A DNA stretch of 64,000 bases from Promethearchaeota archaeon (GTDB taxonomy: Archaea; Asgardarchaeota; Lokiarchaeia; Sigyniarchaeales; SOKP01): positions 1 to 64,000 of the forward strand of contig JAHPZE010000019.1 of assembly GCA_019058365.1 (NCBI GenBank). The letters run 5' to 3'. The position numbers and the translations under genes were made by a program. The notes below the pieces were generated by a model. The model saw only the letters and a list, made by a program, of their open reading frames with translations, did not search any database and had not been told where the DNA came from. Shown piece by piece: positions 49,645 to 60,490 of the stretch (positions within the stretch are counted from its first letter, which is position 1; each line of letters opens with the position of its first letter).

Positions 49645-50262
49645 TTAAAGATTTAGTACTTTTTTTTGCTTTTCAGTATTTTGTTTTAAAAGAATTATTG
49701 ATTTTTCTCTCGCTTTTAACATTGATCTTTCCTTAACTCCTTTCATTTCATTAGAGGGTAGAATTTCTTCCTTTAACACTCTTTTAAAAAGTAAATATTC
49801 ATCTTTTCTAGAGATAAATGGATCAACCCTCTCATCATGAATAAATTCCTCAATTGAAGTATTTTTTCCATTACAATTCCCTTCAGTAAGATCGAAACGA
49901 TAATCTTTATACACTAAAAAACAATGTGCCATTGGTACATAGGGAAGTTTATACTTATTTAATATTTCATTTGTGCCTGTTGAGATTACCTCAGTGAGTT
50001 TATAAACACCGACATGCTTAAAAAGAGGTATTTCTAATTCTTCAGCAAGACCTGCTATAACTGCATGTTTAGATGTGCAAGTGCCTTTTTTTTCTTTAAA
50101 AAAAATTAATTTGTCATCATAATTTGTATTGTATCCATATTCAATACCATGCACGTAATTACAAGCATCCTTGAAATTTTTAATTCTAAGTTCCAAGAAT
50201 TTTTTTGATATTTCTCCTACAGGTTTAATTTCAGCATCCGGCAAGTTGTTATATGAATCCAT
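49645..50262 (-). CDS. Hypothetical protein, transglutaminase-like Cys-His-Asp fold
   Basis: GTCTSKH, AHCFL and FDLT motifs. Confidence 0.55.
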   Translation of the reverse strand: MDSYNNLPDAEIKPVGEISKKFLELRIKNFKDACNYVHGIEYGYNTNYDDKLIFFKEKKGTCTSKHAVIAGLAEELEIPLFKHVGVYKLTEVISTGTNEILNKYKLPYVPMAHCFLVYKDYRFDLTEGNCNGKNTSIEEFIHDERVDPFISRKDEYLLFKRVLKEEILPSNEMKGVKERSMLKAREKSIILLKQNTEKQKKVLNL

Positions 50263-50411
50263 AAAAATCTTCTTAGATTATTTAAATAGGTTTTAATTCT
50301 GTCACTTAATTATTGTTTATAAAATTATTTTCTAATAATTATAAGAAAAATTTTGTCATTTTTTCAATTCTCAGGAATAAAGATTTATTTTAATAACTAA
50401 GAAATCTCGGC

Positions 50412-51065
50412 TTAGGTAATCTCTTTATGCTCACCGGTTACCATATAATGAACTTTCTCAGCGATTTTACATGCATTATCCCCACATCTTTCCAAATATC
50501 TTGAAATCATAATGAAGAAAGCACATGGTGTAATTGTTTTAGCATCCTCCATCATATAAGTTATACATTCTCTAAATATCGACCATCTCATTTCATCAAT
50601 CTCATCGTCTCTTTGTTCAAAATTTGCATAATATTTACTATCCGATTCTTCAAAAGCTTTCAAAGCATCGACAATCATAGATTTTGTATGTTCCCACATA
50701 TGCTGTATATTAACAAATGGTGCAGGATAAGGTTTCTTTCTTGATAACTCTTCTACCACTGAAGCAATATCTTTTCCATATCTCCCTATTCTAGCAAGAT
50801 AAGTAATCATTTTTAAAATTGTAGCTAATCTTCTTAGATCTATTGCCATTGGTTGGTATAATGCAATTAATCTCAAAGCTTTTGCTTCTATATCTGCATC
50901 CAATTCTCTTATCTTATGTTTCTTGTTCACTGTAACTTTAGCTAATTCGATATCCTGAGTTGCTAAAGCTTTCATTGCATCGTCTAACATTCCTAAGACT
51001 AAATTACCCATATCGCCAATTTCTTTCTTTAATGCAAAAATTTCTTTACGCATTTCTTTTGCCAT
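50412..51065 (-). CDS. phoU: Phosphate signalling protein PhoU
   Basis: LYQPMAIDLR, RIGRY, DDEID, RYLERCGDNACKIAE; last gene of the pst operon. Confidence 0.92.
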   Translation of the reverse strand: MAKEMRKEIFALKKEIGDMGNLVLGMLDDAMKALATQDIELAKVTVNKKHKIRELDADIEAKALRLIALYQPMAIDLRRLATILKMITYLARIGRYGKDIASVVEELSRKKPYPAPFVNIQHMWEHTKSMIVDALKAFEESDSKYYANFEQRDDEIDEMRWSIFRECITYMMEDAKTITPCAFFIMISRYLERCGDNACKIAEKVHYMVTGEHKEIT

Positions 51066-51076
51066 TAAAAATCCAC

Positions 51077-51910
51077 CTAACCAAATCTTCCTGTTATATA
51101 ATTTTCTGTTAATTCTTGCTTAGGATTTTCAAAAATTTGGGTAGTTTCACCAAATTCGATCATTTTTCCTAAATACATAAGACCCGTATAATCACTTATT
51201 CTTGCTGCTTGTTGCATATTATGGGTAACAATTATCACTGTCCATTCTCTCTTCAATTCAAGTATTAATTCTTCAATTTTTTGTGTTGCTATTGGATCAA
51301 GAGACGCTGTTGGTTCATCCATTAAAAGTATTTCAGGTTTAACTGCTAAAGCTCTCGCTATACATAGTCTTTGTTGTTGCCCTCCGGATAATCCCAACGC
51401 AGATTCATCTAGTCTCTCATAGACCTCATCCCATAATACTGCTCTCTTAAGACATCTCTCTGTAATTTCATCTAAGATTTTATCTCCAATAATTTTATGA
51501 ATTTTTGGACCATATGTAATATTGTCATATATAGTCATCGGAAAAGGATTAGGTTTCTGAAAGATCATTCCAATCTTTTTTCTATTCAATCTTACATCAG
51601 CACCTTTAGCATAGAGGTTCTTGCCTTGAAATAGAACTTCACCTTCAATTCTACATCCATCTATTACATCATTCATTCGATTTAAACATCGTAATAATGT
51701 ACTTTTACCACATCCAGATGGTCCAATAATAGCAGTTACTTCGTTTTTTTTAAATTTCATATTGATATCTATCAATGCCTGTGTCTCATCATACCAAAGA
51801 TTCAAATTTTTACATTCAATTATTATTTCATTTTGATTTTTACTTACATCATTCATGCTATTCTCTTTTTCGATTTTTGTTTTATTTCTATTATTAATTT
51901 TTAAAACCAA
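51077..51910 (-). CDS. pstB: Phosphate ABC transporter ATPase
   Basis: [49 protein letters not shown]. Confidence 0.96.
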   Translation of the reverse strand: MVLKINNRNKTKIEKENSMNDVSKNQNEIIIECKNLNLWYDETQALIDINMKFKKNEVTAIIGPSGCGKSTLLRCLNRMNDVIDGCRIEGEVLFQGKNLYAKGADVRLNRKKIGMIFQKPNPFPMTIYDNITYGPKIHKIIGDKILDEITERCLKRAVLWDEVYERLDESALGLSGGQQQRLCIARALAVKPEILLMDEPTASLDPIATQKIEELILELKREWTVIIVTHNMQQAARISDYTGLMYLGKMIEFGETTQIFENPKQELTENYITGRFG

Positions 51911-51916
51911 GGTATA

Positions 51917-54025
51917 TCACCATTGTTTTCTTTTTTCATATTTTGTTCTTACAATAAATGCTATGCCATAAAATATTAATACCAACAATAGTAAGGTTAG
52001 AGCTGTCCCAGCAGCTTCTTCTACTGAGAATAATGCTTCAGTTAATAATCTATAAAGATGATATGTAAGAGCCATTACAGGCTCAAAAACTGATAAAACA
52101 AGCCAGAACCTAGAAGAAGTTCTGACAGCAGTAAACATGATAGGAGCTGTTTCTCCTGCGCTTCGTCCCATTCCTAAAACTGCCCCCGTAACAATTCCAG
52201 GTAATGCTGCAGGGATTACAATTTTACTGATTCCTTGCCATTTACTTGAACCTAAAGCCAGGCTACCTTCTCTAAACGCCTGAGGAATTGCTTTTACTGC
52301 TTCTTCAGTAGTTCTTATTATTGTAGGAAGTATCATTAAACCTAAAGTTAACATTCCAGCTAATAATGATTTCATAAGTCCAAATAGCACCAGAAAGAGC
52401 ACAACTCCAAATAGGGCAAATACAATTGATGGTGTACCATTTAAATTATCAATTCCAGAACGTATAATTTTAGTGATTTTATTGTCTTTAGCATATTCAG
52501 AAAGATAAATCCCTGCACACATACCAAGAGGCAGGGCAAAGGCAATAGAGCCTAATGTGAGTTGAATAGTTCCAGTAATTGCAGGAAGTATTCCTCCTTC
52601 CATTGAAGTACCTGTAAGAAAATTGGGTCTAAATATGACAGGAAGTCCTTTTGATATAATATAATATAGTAATATTCCCACAGTAATCACTGCAACTGAA
52701 GAACATAGATAAATAATTATAAACCAAAATTTTTCTTGACCTACAGAAGAAATTTTTCTGAAAGTGAGCATAACTACTATAATTGACGCACATACTAAGA
52801 TAGCTAAGGATATTCCAATCCAAGTACTAAGCACCCATCCCACAAACAACAAAATAACGCCATATACTATCCATTTTTTATATTTTTGAGGAACTTTTTT
52901 ATGAAAATAAATAGCTAAGCTTAATCCTAAACAGATTATTACTCCAATCACTTTAGAAGCTAAATCAGGTAATATGAAAGCAATTAGTCCAGAAATAAGT
53001 ATAGGTAATATTAAATTTTTATATTTTTTAATAAAGTTGAATAATTTGGATTCTCTAAGTTTTGAGTGTTTTTCTTTTTGTTTTTCTCCTGTAAATCTTC
53101 TTCGAATTCGAGATAATATGACATTTGCGCCTGTATTAACAACCAGAGTCATTATAAATAGCGTTATTCCTAAAGCAAAATAACTCCTCCATTCTATACT
53201 ATTTGTTTCAGTTGGTCCCAATCCTAATCCTATCGTTGAAGTTATTACTGCTACACAAGAGAACATATTTGTTATTGGTTCGGGAAGAATTTTACAATTT
53301 CCAATAACTAACATCATCGCCATAGTTTCACCTAATGCTCGACCAATACCTAAAATCATAGCAGCAGTAATGCCAGACATGCCTGCGGGAATCACTACCT
53401 TACGTATAGTTTGCCATTTTGTTGCTCCCATAGCATAAGATGCATCTCTATAGTAATCTGGAACAGCTCTAATTGAATCTTCACATACTGATACAATTGT
53501 AGGTAAAGCCATTATTGCTAAAATTAAAGAGCCCGATAACCATGTGTTTCCATGATGTAAACCGAAAATATCTCTTATCCATATATTTAATACAACAAGT
53601 CCAAAGAAGCCATACACAATAGAGGGAATACCTGCAAGTATTTCTATACTAAATTTGAGAATCTTCCTAAGTTTTGATGGTGCAAGTTCAGCTATAAAAA
53701 TAGCAGTCATTAATCCTAATGGTAGTGCAATGATTATTGCTCCGAATGTAACTAAAAGTGTATCAACAATAATTGGTAAAGCCCCGAAATCTCCATTTGT
53801 AGGCAACCAGTTTGTACCAAAAAGAAATTCAGTAAGAGTGACTTTAGCAAAGAAAGGAGCTCCAGTTATAAATAGAAATATTATTATTAAAAATACAAAA
53901 ATAGTAGCAATAGAAGCAATGAAAAACAGAATCCATTTAATAATAGGATCTCTATTTTTTTTTAAATAAGAGTAATCTTCATTATAGATATACAGCTTAT
54001 TTTCAAAATCAATTTCTGTCGACAT
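51917..54025 (-). CDS. pstCA: Fused phosphate ABC permease PstC-PstA
   Basis: N-half IEILAGIPSIVYG/GRALGETMA (PstC); C-half LNGTPSIVF/GRSAGETAP (PstA); joined by a hydrophobic linker. Confidence 0.9.
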   Translation of the reverse strand: MSTEIDFENKLYIYNEDYSYLKKNRDPIIKWILFFIASIATIFVFLIIIFLFITGAPFFAKVTLTEFLFGTNWLPTNGDFGALPIIVDTLLVTFGAIIIALPLGLMTAIFIAELAPSKLRKILKFSIEILAGIPSIVYGFFGLVVLNIWIRDIFGLHHGNTWLSGSLILAIMALPTIVSVCEDSIRAVPDYYRDASYAMGATKWQTIRKVVIPAGMSGITAAMILGIGRALGETMAMMLVIGNCKILPEPITNMFSCVAVITSTIGLGLGPTETNSIEWRSYFALGITLFIMTLVVNTGANVILSRIRRRFTGEKQKEKHSKLRESKLFNFIKKYKNLILPILISGLIAFILPDLASKVIGVIICLGLSLAIYFHKKVPQKYKKWIVYGVILLFVGWVLSTWIGISLAILVCASIIVVMLTFRKISSVGQEKFWFIIIYLCSSVAVITVGILLYYIISKGLPVIFRPNFLTGTSMEGGILPAITGTIQLTLGSIAFALPLGMCAGIYLSEYAKDNKITKIIRSGIDNLNGTPSIVFALFGVVLFLVLFGLMKSLLAGMLTLGLMILPTIIRTTEEAVKAIPQAFREGSLALGSSKWQGISKIVIPAALPGIVTGAVLGMGRSAGETAPIMFTAVRTSSRFWLVLSVFEPVMALTYHLYRLLTEALFSVEEAAGTALTLLLLVLIFYGIAFIVRTKYEKRKQW

Positions 54026-54281
54026 AGATCTATGAAGGAATCACATGTAAAACCCTATTTTTATACAAGAGAAAATTGGATTTTATATATTTATAACCAT
54101 CATAGAATATATTCGAATATTTATTCTATATAAAATATATAGCATTTTGAGTGTTCTAAAAATAATTTTTAGATGTGTGTATTCCTAAAATCAATTAGAG
54201 TATTATTTAAAATTAAGAAATATTTCAAAAAAAATAGTAAAAAAAAGAAATAATTAAGAATTTTTTGTTTAAATTAAAATT

Positions 54282-55181
54282 TTAAAACCAAAGTCTGATA
54301 AAACCTTCTGCTGCCACGGTATTTTGTCCTTCTGTACCATAAATAAAGTCAATGAAAGCTCTAACCCATCCAGTCGGTTCACCGTTTGTTGTAAGATGTA
54401 AAGATCTTGAAATTGGATAAGAGTCATCTAACACAGTAGATACTGAAGGTGTTACCCCGTTTATAGGAACTGCAATTACAGTAGTATCAACATAACCTAA
54501 TCCACAGTATCCTAAACCATATTGATTTGCACTCACAGTAGTTACCATGACTGTATTAGAGGCAACTTCTATATATCCTGTTACTGAACTAGTATACCCA
54601 GAATTTTCACCAAGCTTTTCAGAACCCTCATATAAAACTAATTCTTCAAATGTGGCTCTTGTACCTGACCCATCAGGTCTTGTATGAACATCAATAGATT
54701 GAGATGATAAAGTATTATTAATATCATCCCAAGTATCATAAGTACCATTGTAAATTAAGAATACTTGATCCATTGTCAGTCCATTTGATTGTAACCATAC
54801 TGCATCAGGATTATCAGCGTCAATAATCACTGATATTCCATCTTTCGCAAACTTAAAATCGGTTAAATTATTTCCCGTTGTAAGGTTTTCAGATGCTTTA
54901 ATATTACGTGATGACATACCAATATCATTTTGTCCGTCAATTGTATCAGAAATTCCATCTCCAGATCCCGTACCTGAAACAGAAATGTCAACATTAGGAT
55001 TTATTAACATGAATTGATTAGCAGCTTCAGTAATTATAGGCTCACAAGTAGTAGATCCCGTAATAATGATACTTGTTGTTCCAGCACCACCTGGAGCTAT
55101 TATAGAGGTAGTTCCCCAGCCGACGAAAAACATGGCGATCATACCAACAACAGCAATTAACCACATACCTTTTTTTTCCAT
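54282..55181 (-). CDS. pstS: Phosphate ABC transporter substrate-binding protein
   Basis: GSTT, GTGSGDG, IGMSSR, RPDGSGTRATF, YPISRSL. Confidence 0.93.
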   Translation of the reverse strand: MEKKGMWLIAVVGMIAMFFVGWGTTSIIAPGGAGTTSIIITGSTTCEPIITEAANQFMLINPNVDISVSGTGSGDGISDTIDGQNDIGMSSRNIKASENLTTGNNLTDFKFAKDGISVIIDADNPDAVWLQSNGLTMDQVFLIYNGTYDTWDDINNTLSSQSIDVHTRPDGSGTRATFEELVLYEGSEKLGENSGYTSSVTGYIEVASNTVMVTTVSANQYGLGYCGLGYVDTTVIAVPINGVTPSVSTVLDDSYPISRSLHLTTNGEPTGWVRAFIDFIYGTEGQNTVAAEGFIRLWF

Positions 55182-55295
55182 TATTTTTTCACAAATTTGT
55201 TTTTTAGTAAATTAATTGTTTTAAATTTGGTTAATTAGTGATATCACTGAGAAAATATAAGAGATCACGACATAGTTTATGTTGGTTTATTTACA

Positions 55296-55577
55296 CTATA
55301 TATTCTATAGAGATAGACTTTATTTATCATCAAAATCTCGACATAAAGATTTATTATAAAGCTAATAATCTCAACAATGTCGAATAATAATATCAAGCTA
55401 TATAGACGATATTGATACTACTTTACTTTTTTGTAAATACTTATAAGTAACTATTGTTAAACATATATATAGAATATAGAAAGTATATATAGTATATAGA
55501 CTAAGTATAAAATCATTCTATTATTTATTCTATATAATTAAATGTGTTATTAATGATACTTTTTATTCTATATATAG
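55296..55577. promoter_or_regulatory. Divergent pstS/regulator promoter region with repeated (C)TATATA(G) boxes
   Basis: CTATATATTCTATAG at 55296, CTATATAG at 55398, a dense TATATAG run at 55462-55500, and CTATATATAG at 55568. Confidence 0.5.
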
Positions 55578-55618
55578 ATAAAATAATCTGAAATAAAAAA
55601 AAGACAAAAGGGATTTTA

Positions 55619-56623
55619 ATGGGATTTAATATAGAAACAAGAAAGGTTCAGAAGACAGGGGGCAGTTCTTATATTGTATCTTTACCAAAAGTTTGGATAG
55701 ATAAACACGGCGTTAAAAAAAATGATACTTTAGGTATACTTTCCCAACCAGATGGTAATTTACTCATAACTCCTAAAATTGATAATGAAATAACTATTAA
55801 AACGAAAGAGATAATGGTCGATGACTATAAGGATGAAAATTTTCTGTTTAGAGTTTTAATTGGAGCATATATAATGGGATTTTCAAAAATAATCATAAAA
55901 TCTGGCAGGAAATTTGATCCTTTAATAAGAGATACCATTACAGATTTTACACAAATTGCAATTGGTCCTGAAATTGTAGAAGAATCTAATAATGTTATAG
56001 TGATAAAAGATCTGCTTAATCCTAAAGAAATGCCTTTTGAAAAAACAATAAAAAGAATGTATATTTTAGTTCAAGGTATGCATGAAGATTCCATAAATGC
56101 TTTTGAAACAAGAGATGAGGAATTAGCTGAAGAAGTCATTAAAAGAGATAATGATGTTGACAGATTGCACTGGCTAATTGGTCGTCAATCTCATATTGTA
56201 TTGAGGGATATTATTCTTTGTCAGAAAATGGGGATAACGTTAGAACAAGCAAGTCATTACCAGCAAATGAGTCGCTTTTTAGAACGTATAGGAGACCATG
56301 CCAGTAAAATTGCTAGAAATGTTTTAATTCTTATACAAAAAGAATTAGATAAAAATCTAAAGGAAGAGATTAAAACAGTAAGTAAATTATCACTGGATTT
56401 ATTGAATAAAAGTCTTGATGCATGGCTTCAAAAAAGCTTAGTTCTTGCGAATGAAAACATTGAAGATATTAAAGAATTGATAGCGGCTACAGAAAAAATA
56501 AGCCTTAATACCATTAGCAGTGCTGAAGTTTCAATAGCAATAGGATATATAATTGAGAGTATTAGACGTACGGCTGAGTATAGCGGGGATATTTCTGAAA
56601 TTATAATAAATAATTTAGTCTAA
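55619..56623 (+). CDS. Archaeal phosphate uptake regulator (AbrB-type DNA-binding domain + PhoU domains)
   Basis: ETRKVQKTGGSSYIVSLPKVW, IGAYIMG, RDNDVDRL, LERIGDHA; divergent from pstS. Confidence 0.9.
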   Translation: MGFNIETRKVQKTGGSSYIVSLPKVWIDKHGVKKNDTLGILSQPDGNLLITPKIDNEITIKTKEIMVDDYKDENFLFRVLIGAYIMGFSKIIIKSGRKFDPLIRDTITDFTQIAIGPEIVEESNNVIVIKDLLNPKEMPFEKTIKRMYILVQGMHEDSINAFETRDEELAEEVIKRDNDVDRLHWLIGRQSHIVLRDIILCQKMGITLEQASHYQQMSRFLERIGDHASKIARNVLILIQKELDKNLKEEIKTVSKLSLDLLNKSLDAWLQKSLVLANENIEDIKELIAATEKISLNTISSAEVSIAIGYIIESIRRTAEYSGDISEIIINNLV

Positions 56624-56748
56624 ATTTCAGAATTCATTGATTTTTTTAATTTAAATTATGATACTGTAGAATCACCCCGTTAAAATTAAAAAAATCGGTC
56701 AATAATTAAACTTCTTAAACTCTAACCGATTTAAATTATTATTAATTA

Positions 56749-58329
56749 ATGCAATATATATTATTTAAATTGGTTTTAAAAATGAAAATGCTAGAAAGTG
56801 AAGATTATAAAGTAGTAATCATAGGTGCAGGAAATGGTGGACTCGTTGCAGCCGCAAGATTGGCATTAGCAGGGATAAAAGTATTATTGATCGAACAGCA
56901 TAACTCACCTGGTGGTTTTGCTTCAAGTTTTGTAAGAGGTAGGTTTGAATTTGAAACTTCTCTACATGAACTCGCGGATTATGGTTCAGTTACTAATCCA
57001 GGAGGCATTAGAGTCTTATTCGAAAAGCTTGGAGTTGATGCGGAATTTTTGGAGATTCCCGAAGCATATAGAATAATTACAAAAGATCTAGACGTAATAA
57101 TGCCATTTGGAATAGAAAATTTTCTAAATGAAATTGAAAAACAAGTTCCAGGATGTAGAGAATCTGTAGAAAATTTTTTTAAGATAGCTGAAGACATTTC
57201 AAATGCTTTTACATACATTGGGAATTCTAGAGGAAATCCAGATGAAAAAGTCTTAATAAATGAACATTCTAATTTCCTTAAAACTGCCTCCTATTCTGCA
57301 CTAGAAGTTGAGGAAGCATTAAGCATTCCTAAAAAAGCACGAGATATTTTAAATGCATATTGGGCTTATTTAGGACTTCCCATGAGTAGAATTAATTTTA
57401 CACTCTTTGCTGCTATGGTTAACACTTATATTAAAAGGGGAGCTTATATCCCTAAATACCGCTCAACTGAATTTACATTAGCCCTTGATAAAAGAATTAG
57501 AGAATTGGGGGGCGATATCATGTATAATACTCGTGTTGAGAAAATTTTGGTAGAAAATGGTAAAGTTGTTGGTTTAGAAACCTCAAATGGAGATAAAATT
57601 AATACAAATTATGTAATTTCTAATGCCTCGCAGACGTTAGTATATAATAAATTAATCCATCCAAAATCTGAAGTTCCTGAAATTGCATACAAAGAAGTAA
57701 ATTCTAGAATTCATGGACTCTCCGCTTTTGTTGTCTATTTAGGGCTTGACGCATCTGCTGAAGAATTAGGAATAACTGAGTATAGTTATTTCATTATGGA
57801 TGATATGGATACTGAAAATCTTTATGACCAATGGAATGAACTCAGGGTACCAAAAGGTCAAGCTACCGTTTGTTTAAATGCTGCAATACCAGATTGTTCT
57901 CCCTCTGGAACTTCAATCATATATATTACGACTCTTTTTAAACCAGAGGTATGGAAGGCTGTGAAACCTGAAGATTACGTAAATGTTAAGAACAGAATTG
58001 CTGATGGGCTTATAACTGATTTTGAAAATGCGTTAGGGATCTCTATAAGAGATCATATTGAAGAAATTGAAATAGCGACTCCTGAAACATTCGCAAGGTA
58101 TACCCGAACTTATAATGGGGTGATTTATGGTTATGAGCCAGAGTCTTGGGATTCTCTAGTTCCTCGTTTAATGATGATGGGAGACCATAATTATATTAAA
58201 GGTTTGGAATTCGCAGGGGGCTTCGGAAGACGATGTCATGGATATAGTAGTGCATTAAAAGACGGTGAAATTGCTGCATTATTAGTTTTAAATGAAATAA
58301 CTGTAAAGGTGAAGGTTCAAAATGACTGA
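56749..58329 (+). CDS. FAD-dependent oxidoreductase, phytoene desaturase/retinol saturase family
   Basis: IIGAGNGGL..A..LA, EQH..PGG, F.RGRFEFE, SAFVVYLG, ATPETFARYT...G.IYG. The true start is probably one of the ATGs near 56782-56788. Confidence 0.85.
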   Translation: MQYILFKLVLKMKMLESEDYKVVIIGAGNGGLVAAARLALAGIKVLLIEQHNSPGGFASSFVRGRFEFETSLHELADYGSVTNPGGIRVLFEKLGVDAEFLEIPEAYRIITKDLDVIMPFGIENFLNEIEKQVPGCRESVENFFKIAEDISNAFTYIGNSRGNPDEKVLINEHSNFLKTASYSALEVEEALSIPKKARDILNAYWAYLGLPMSRINFTLFAAMVNTYIKRGAYIPKYRSTEFTLALDKRIRELGGDIMYNTRVEKILVENGKVVGLETSNGDKINTNYVISNASQTLVYNKLIHPKSEVPEIAYKEVNSRIHGLSAFVVYLGLDASAEELGITEYSYFIMDDMDTENLYDQWNELRVPKGQATVCLNAAIPDCSPSGTSIIYITTLFKPEVWKAVKPEDYVNVKNRIADGLITDFENALGISIRDHIEEIEIATPETFARYTRTYNGVIYGYEPESWDSLVPRLMMMGDHNYIKGLEFAGGFGRRCHGYSSALKDGEIAALLVLNEITVKVKVQND

Positions 58330-59551
58330 AGATAAAAAAAAGTTTAATATTACTGTAAAAAGTAATACAAAAGATTTATACGGCTTTATGAAACTTGTAC
58401 CTAATAGAAAGAAAAGAATAGAACAATCTTCTAACGAACCAATCATATCTGATCCCATAAATAGTCTTGCAAGAAAATTACATCCTGAAAGACAATATCT
58501 TACTATAAGTGAAATCACAGATCAAACAAAATCAGCAAAAGTTTTTAAATTAAAACCTGATCCGGAGTTAGGAACTAAAGAATTAGCGTATTTTAGAGCT
58601 GGACAATATTTAAGTTTAAAAGTTAAAGTGAATGGAGTAGAAATCACAAGACCATATTCTATATCCTCCTCACCTTTGGATGCTTTGGAAGGATTTTACG
58701 AAATAACAATCCGAAAAGAAGAACATGGGTTTTTAACAAATCATATATGGCATAATTGGAAGGTTGGCACGAAAGTGGTAAGTTCTGGTCCTGAAGGATT
58801 CTTTTATTTTGAACCTCTACGAGATTTAAAGAATATAGTAGGTATTGCAGGGGGTTCTGGAATAACACCTTTTCGTTCAATAGTTAAAGCAATTATAGAA
58901 AGAAAGATAGATGCTAAGCTAACAGTATTGTATGGAAGTAGTGAGGAAGATGATATTATCTTTTATAAGGAATTTAAAAACCTTGAGAAAGAACATCCCG
59001 ATAAATTAAAAGTTATCCACATATTAAGTTGTGAAGAAGTTTCTTTAGAGGGGTGTGAGACGGGTTTTATCACTGCTCATATTATTGAAAAATACTGTGA
59101 TGTAAAAAATAGTACATTTTTTATCTGTGGTCCTCAAATTATGTATGAGTTTGTGGCTAATGAATTGAAAAAATTTAAATTACCTCAAAAAAGAATTCGA
59201 AGGGAGGCATTTGGAGAAATCAAGGATGTTGTAAATTATCCAGGATTTCCAAAAAAAGTTACTGAAAAAACTTTTAGAGTTAAAGCACATATCGGATCTA
59301 TCATAAAAGAAATCCCTGCAATAGCTACTGAATCTGTTCTTGTTGCCCTAGAAAGAGCAAATTTAACACCTCCATCAAAATGCCGATCAGGAGAATGTGG
59401 ATTTTGTCGTTCGCTTCTCATCTCAGGAGAAATATATACAAGTCCCATAGATGACTGGAGAAGAGCAGCGGATAAAAAATTTAATTACTTTCACCCTTGT
59501 TACTCTTATCCAATATCCGATCTTGAGATAAAAGTCCCTAGGCATTTGTGA
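58322..59551 (+). CDS. FNR-type flavin reductase with C-terminal [2Fe-2S] ferredoxin (PaaE/KshB-like)
   Basis: FRAGQY, RPYSISS, AGGSGITPF, FICGP, CRSGECGFC...C; overlaps the upstream gene by 8 nt. Confidence 0.88.
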   Translation: MTEDKKKFNITVKSNTKDLYGFMKLVPNRKKRIEQSSNEPIISDPINSLARKLHPERQYLTISEITDQTKSAKVFKLKPDPELGTKELAYFRAGQYLSLKVKVNGVEITRPYSISSSPLDALEGFYEITIRKEEHGFLTNHIWHNWKVGTKVVSSGPEGFFYFEPLRDLKNIVGIAGGSGITPFRSIVKAIIERKIDAKLTVLYGSSEEDDIIFYKEFKNLEKEHPDKLKVIHILSCEEVSLEGCETGFITAHIIEKYCDVKNSTFFICGPQIMYEFVANELKKFKLPQKRIRREAFGEIKDVVNYPGFPKKVTEKTFRVKAHIGSIIKEIPAIATESVLVALERANLTPPSKCRSGECGFCRSLLISGEIYTSPIDDWRRAADKKFNYFHPCYSYPISDLEIKVPRHL

Positions 59552-59558
59552 TTACAAA

Positions 59559-60473
59559 TTAACTACCTTTTTTTTCCCATTTAAGCAAGGAAAGAATAAG
59601 ATTTTCTCGTGAAAGGTCACCGTGAGTGAATTGGCTTATGATACTTTCTCTTCCAAGAAGCATTTTTATTATTTTTCTTATTAATTTTTTTCCAGAATAT
59701 CCCTCTTTTTGAAGCAGGCTATGATATTCGTGAGCCTTTTTATGTAAATCTTCAATTTCTTCCATTTTTTTTATTATGATTTCTCTCCCCTGCAATACTC
59801 CATTCCCAGCAGAGAAGATTAATAACTGATCCATACTCTCTGTAAAATCATATAGTTTAGAAAGAGCTTGGTATATTAATGATATATCCTCTTGGATATC
59901 ACTATTCTTTCCAAAGATCATTTTGTACTTTGGCTGTACAGCATCAGCTACAAAAGCCCATTGTTGGTTTTTTTCAATTAATGCTACTAATTCTGGAGCA
60001 TGTCCACTCATTGGAAATAATTCAAATTTATACCTTTTTGATTTTGTTATTATTGGTTCATCAATAATCTCTGCATTAACAGGTAATAATTCTGGTCCCC
60101 ATGCCGCTTGCCGATACTCAGGATATAGATTACCTTTTCTTAAAAAATTTATAGCTTTTTCACTTGTAAATATTGGAATTGCAAATTCAGTGTTTAACAT
60201 ATGAGCTCCCCCTGCGTGATCTTCATGAGTATGTGTAATGAAGCATTTCTCAATCATTTGGTCACAATTGAGTGATTTTACAAATTCTCTAAGATCATTT
60301 TCCCCACCGGGTGCTCCAGAATCAATGAGAAATCCATCTATTAAATAACAAGATGTAAAATAAGGATAAGGCATTAACTTGATATCTGATGCCCATTGCC
60401 ATTCTAAAATTTCATTATTACAATGATAAATTATACGAACAACCAATAAAAAAACTCCTGATAATAAAATCAA
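59559..60473 (-). CDS. Metallo-beta-lactamase fold hydrolase
   Basis: LIDSG, THTHEDHAGG, GH and AD motifs. The true start is probably the TTG a few codons downstream, after AGGAG. Confidence 0.85.
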   Translation of the reverse strand: MILLSGVFLLVVRIIYHCNNEILEWQWASDIKLMPYPYFTSCYLIDGFLIDSGAPGGENDLREFVKSLNCDQMIEKCFITHTHEDHAGGAHMLNTEFAIPIFTSEKAINFLRKGNLYPEYRQAAWGPELLPVNAEIIDEPIITKSKRYKFELFPMSGHAPELVALIEKNQQWAFVADAVQPKYKMIFGKNSDIQEDISLIYQALSKLYDFTESMDQLLIFSAGNGVLQGREIIIKKMEEIEDLHKKAHEYHSLLQKEGYSGKKLIRKIIKMLLGRESIISQFTHGDLSRENLILSLLKWEKKGS

Positions 60474-60490
60474 ATTCTAAAAAATAGTTG

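Noticed and set aside
55237-55248. Perfect palindrome AGTGATATCACT upstream of pstS
   Set aside because: It occurs once and does not recur at the other phosphate promoters, so it cannot be told apart from chance.
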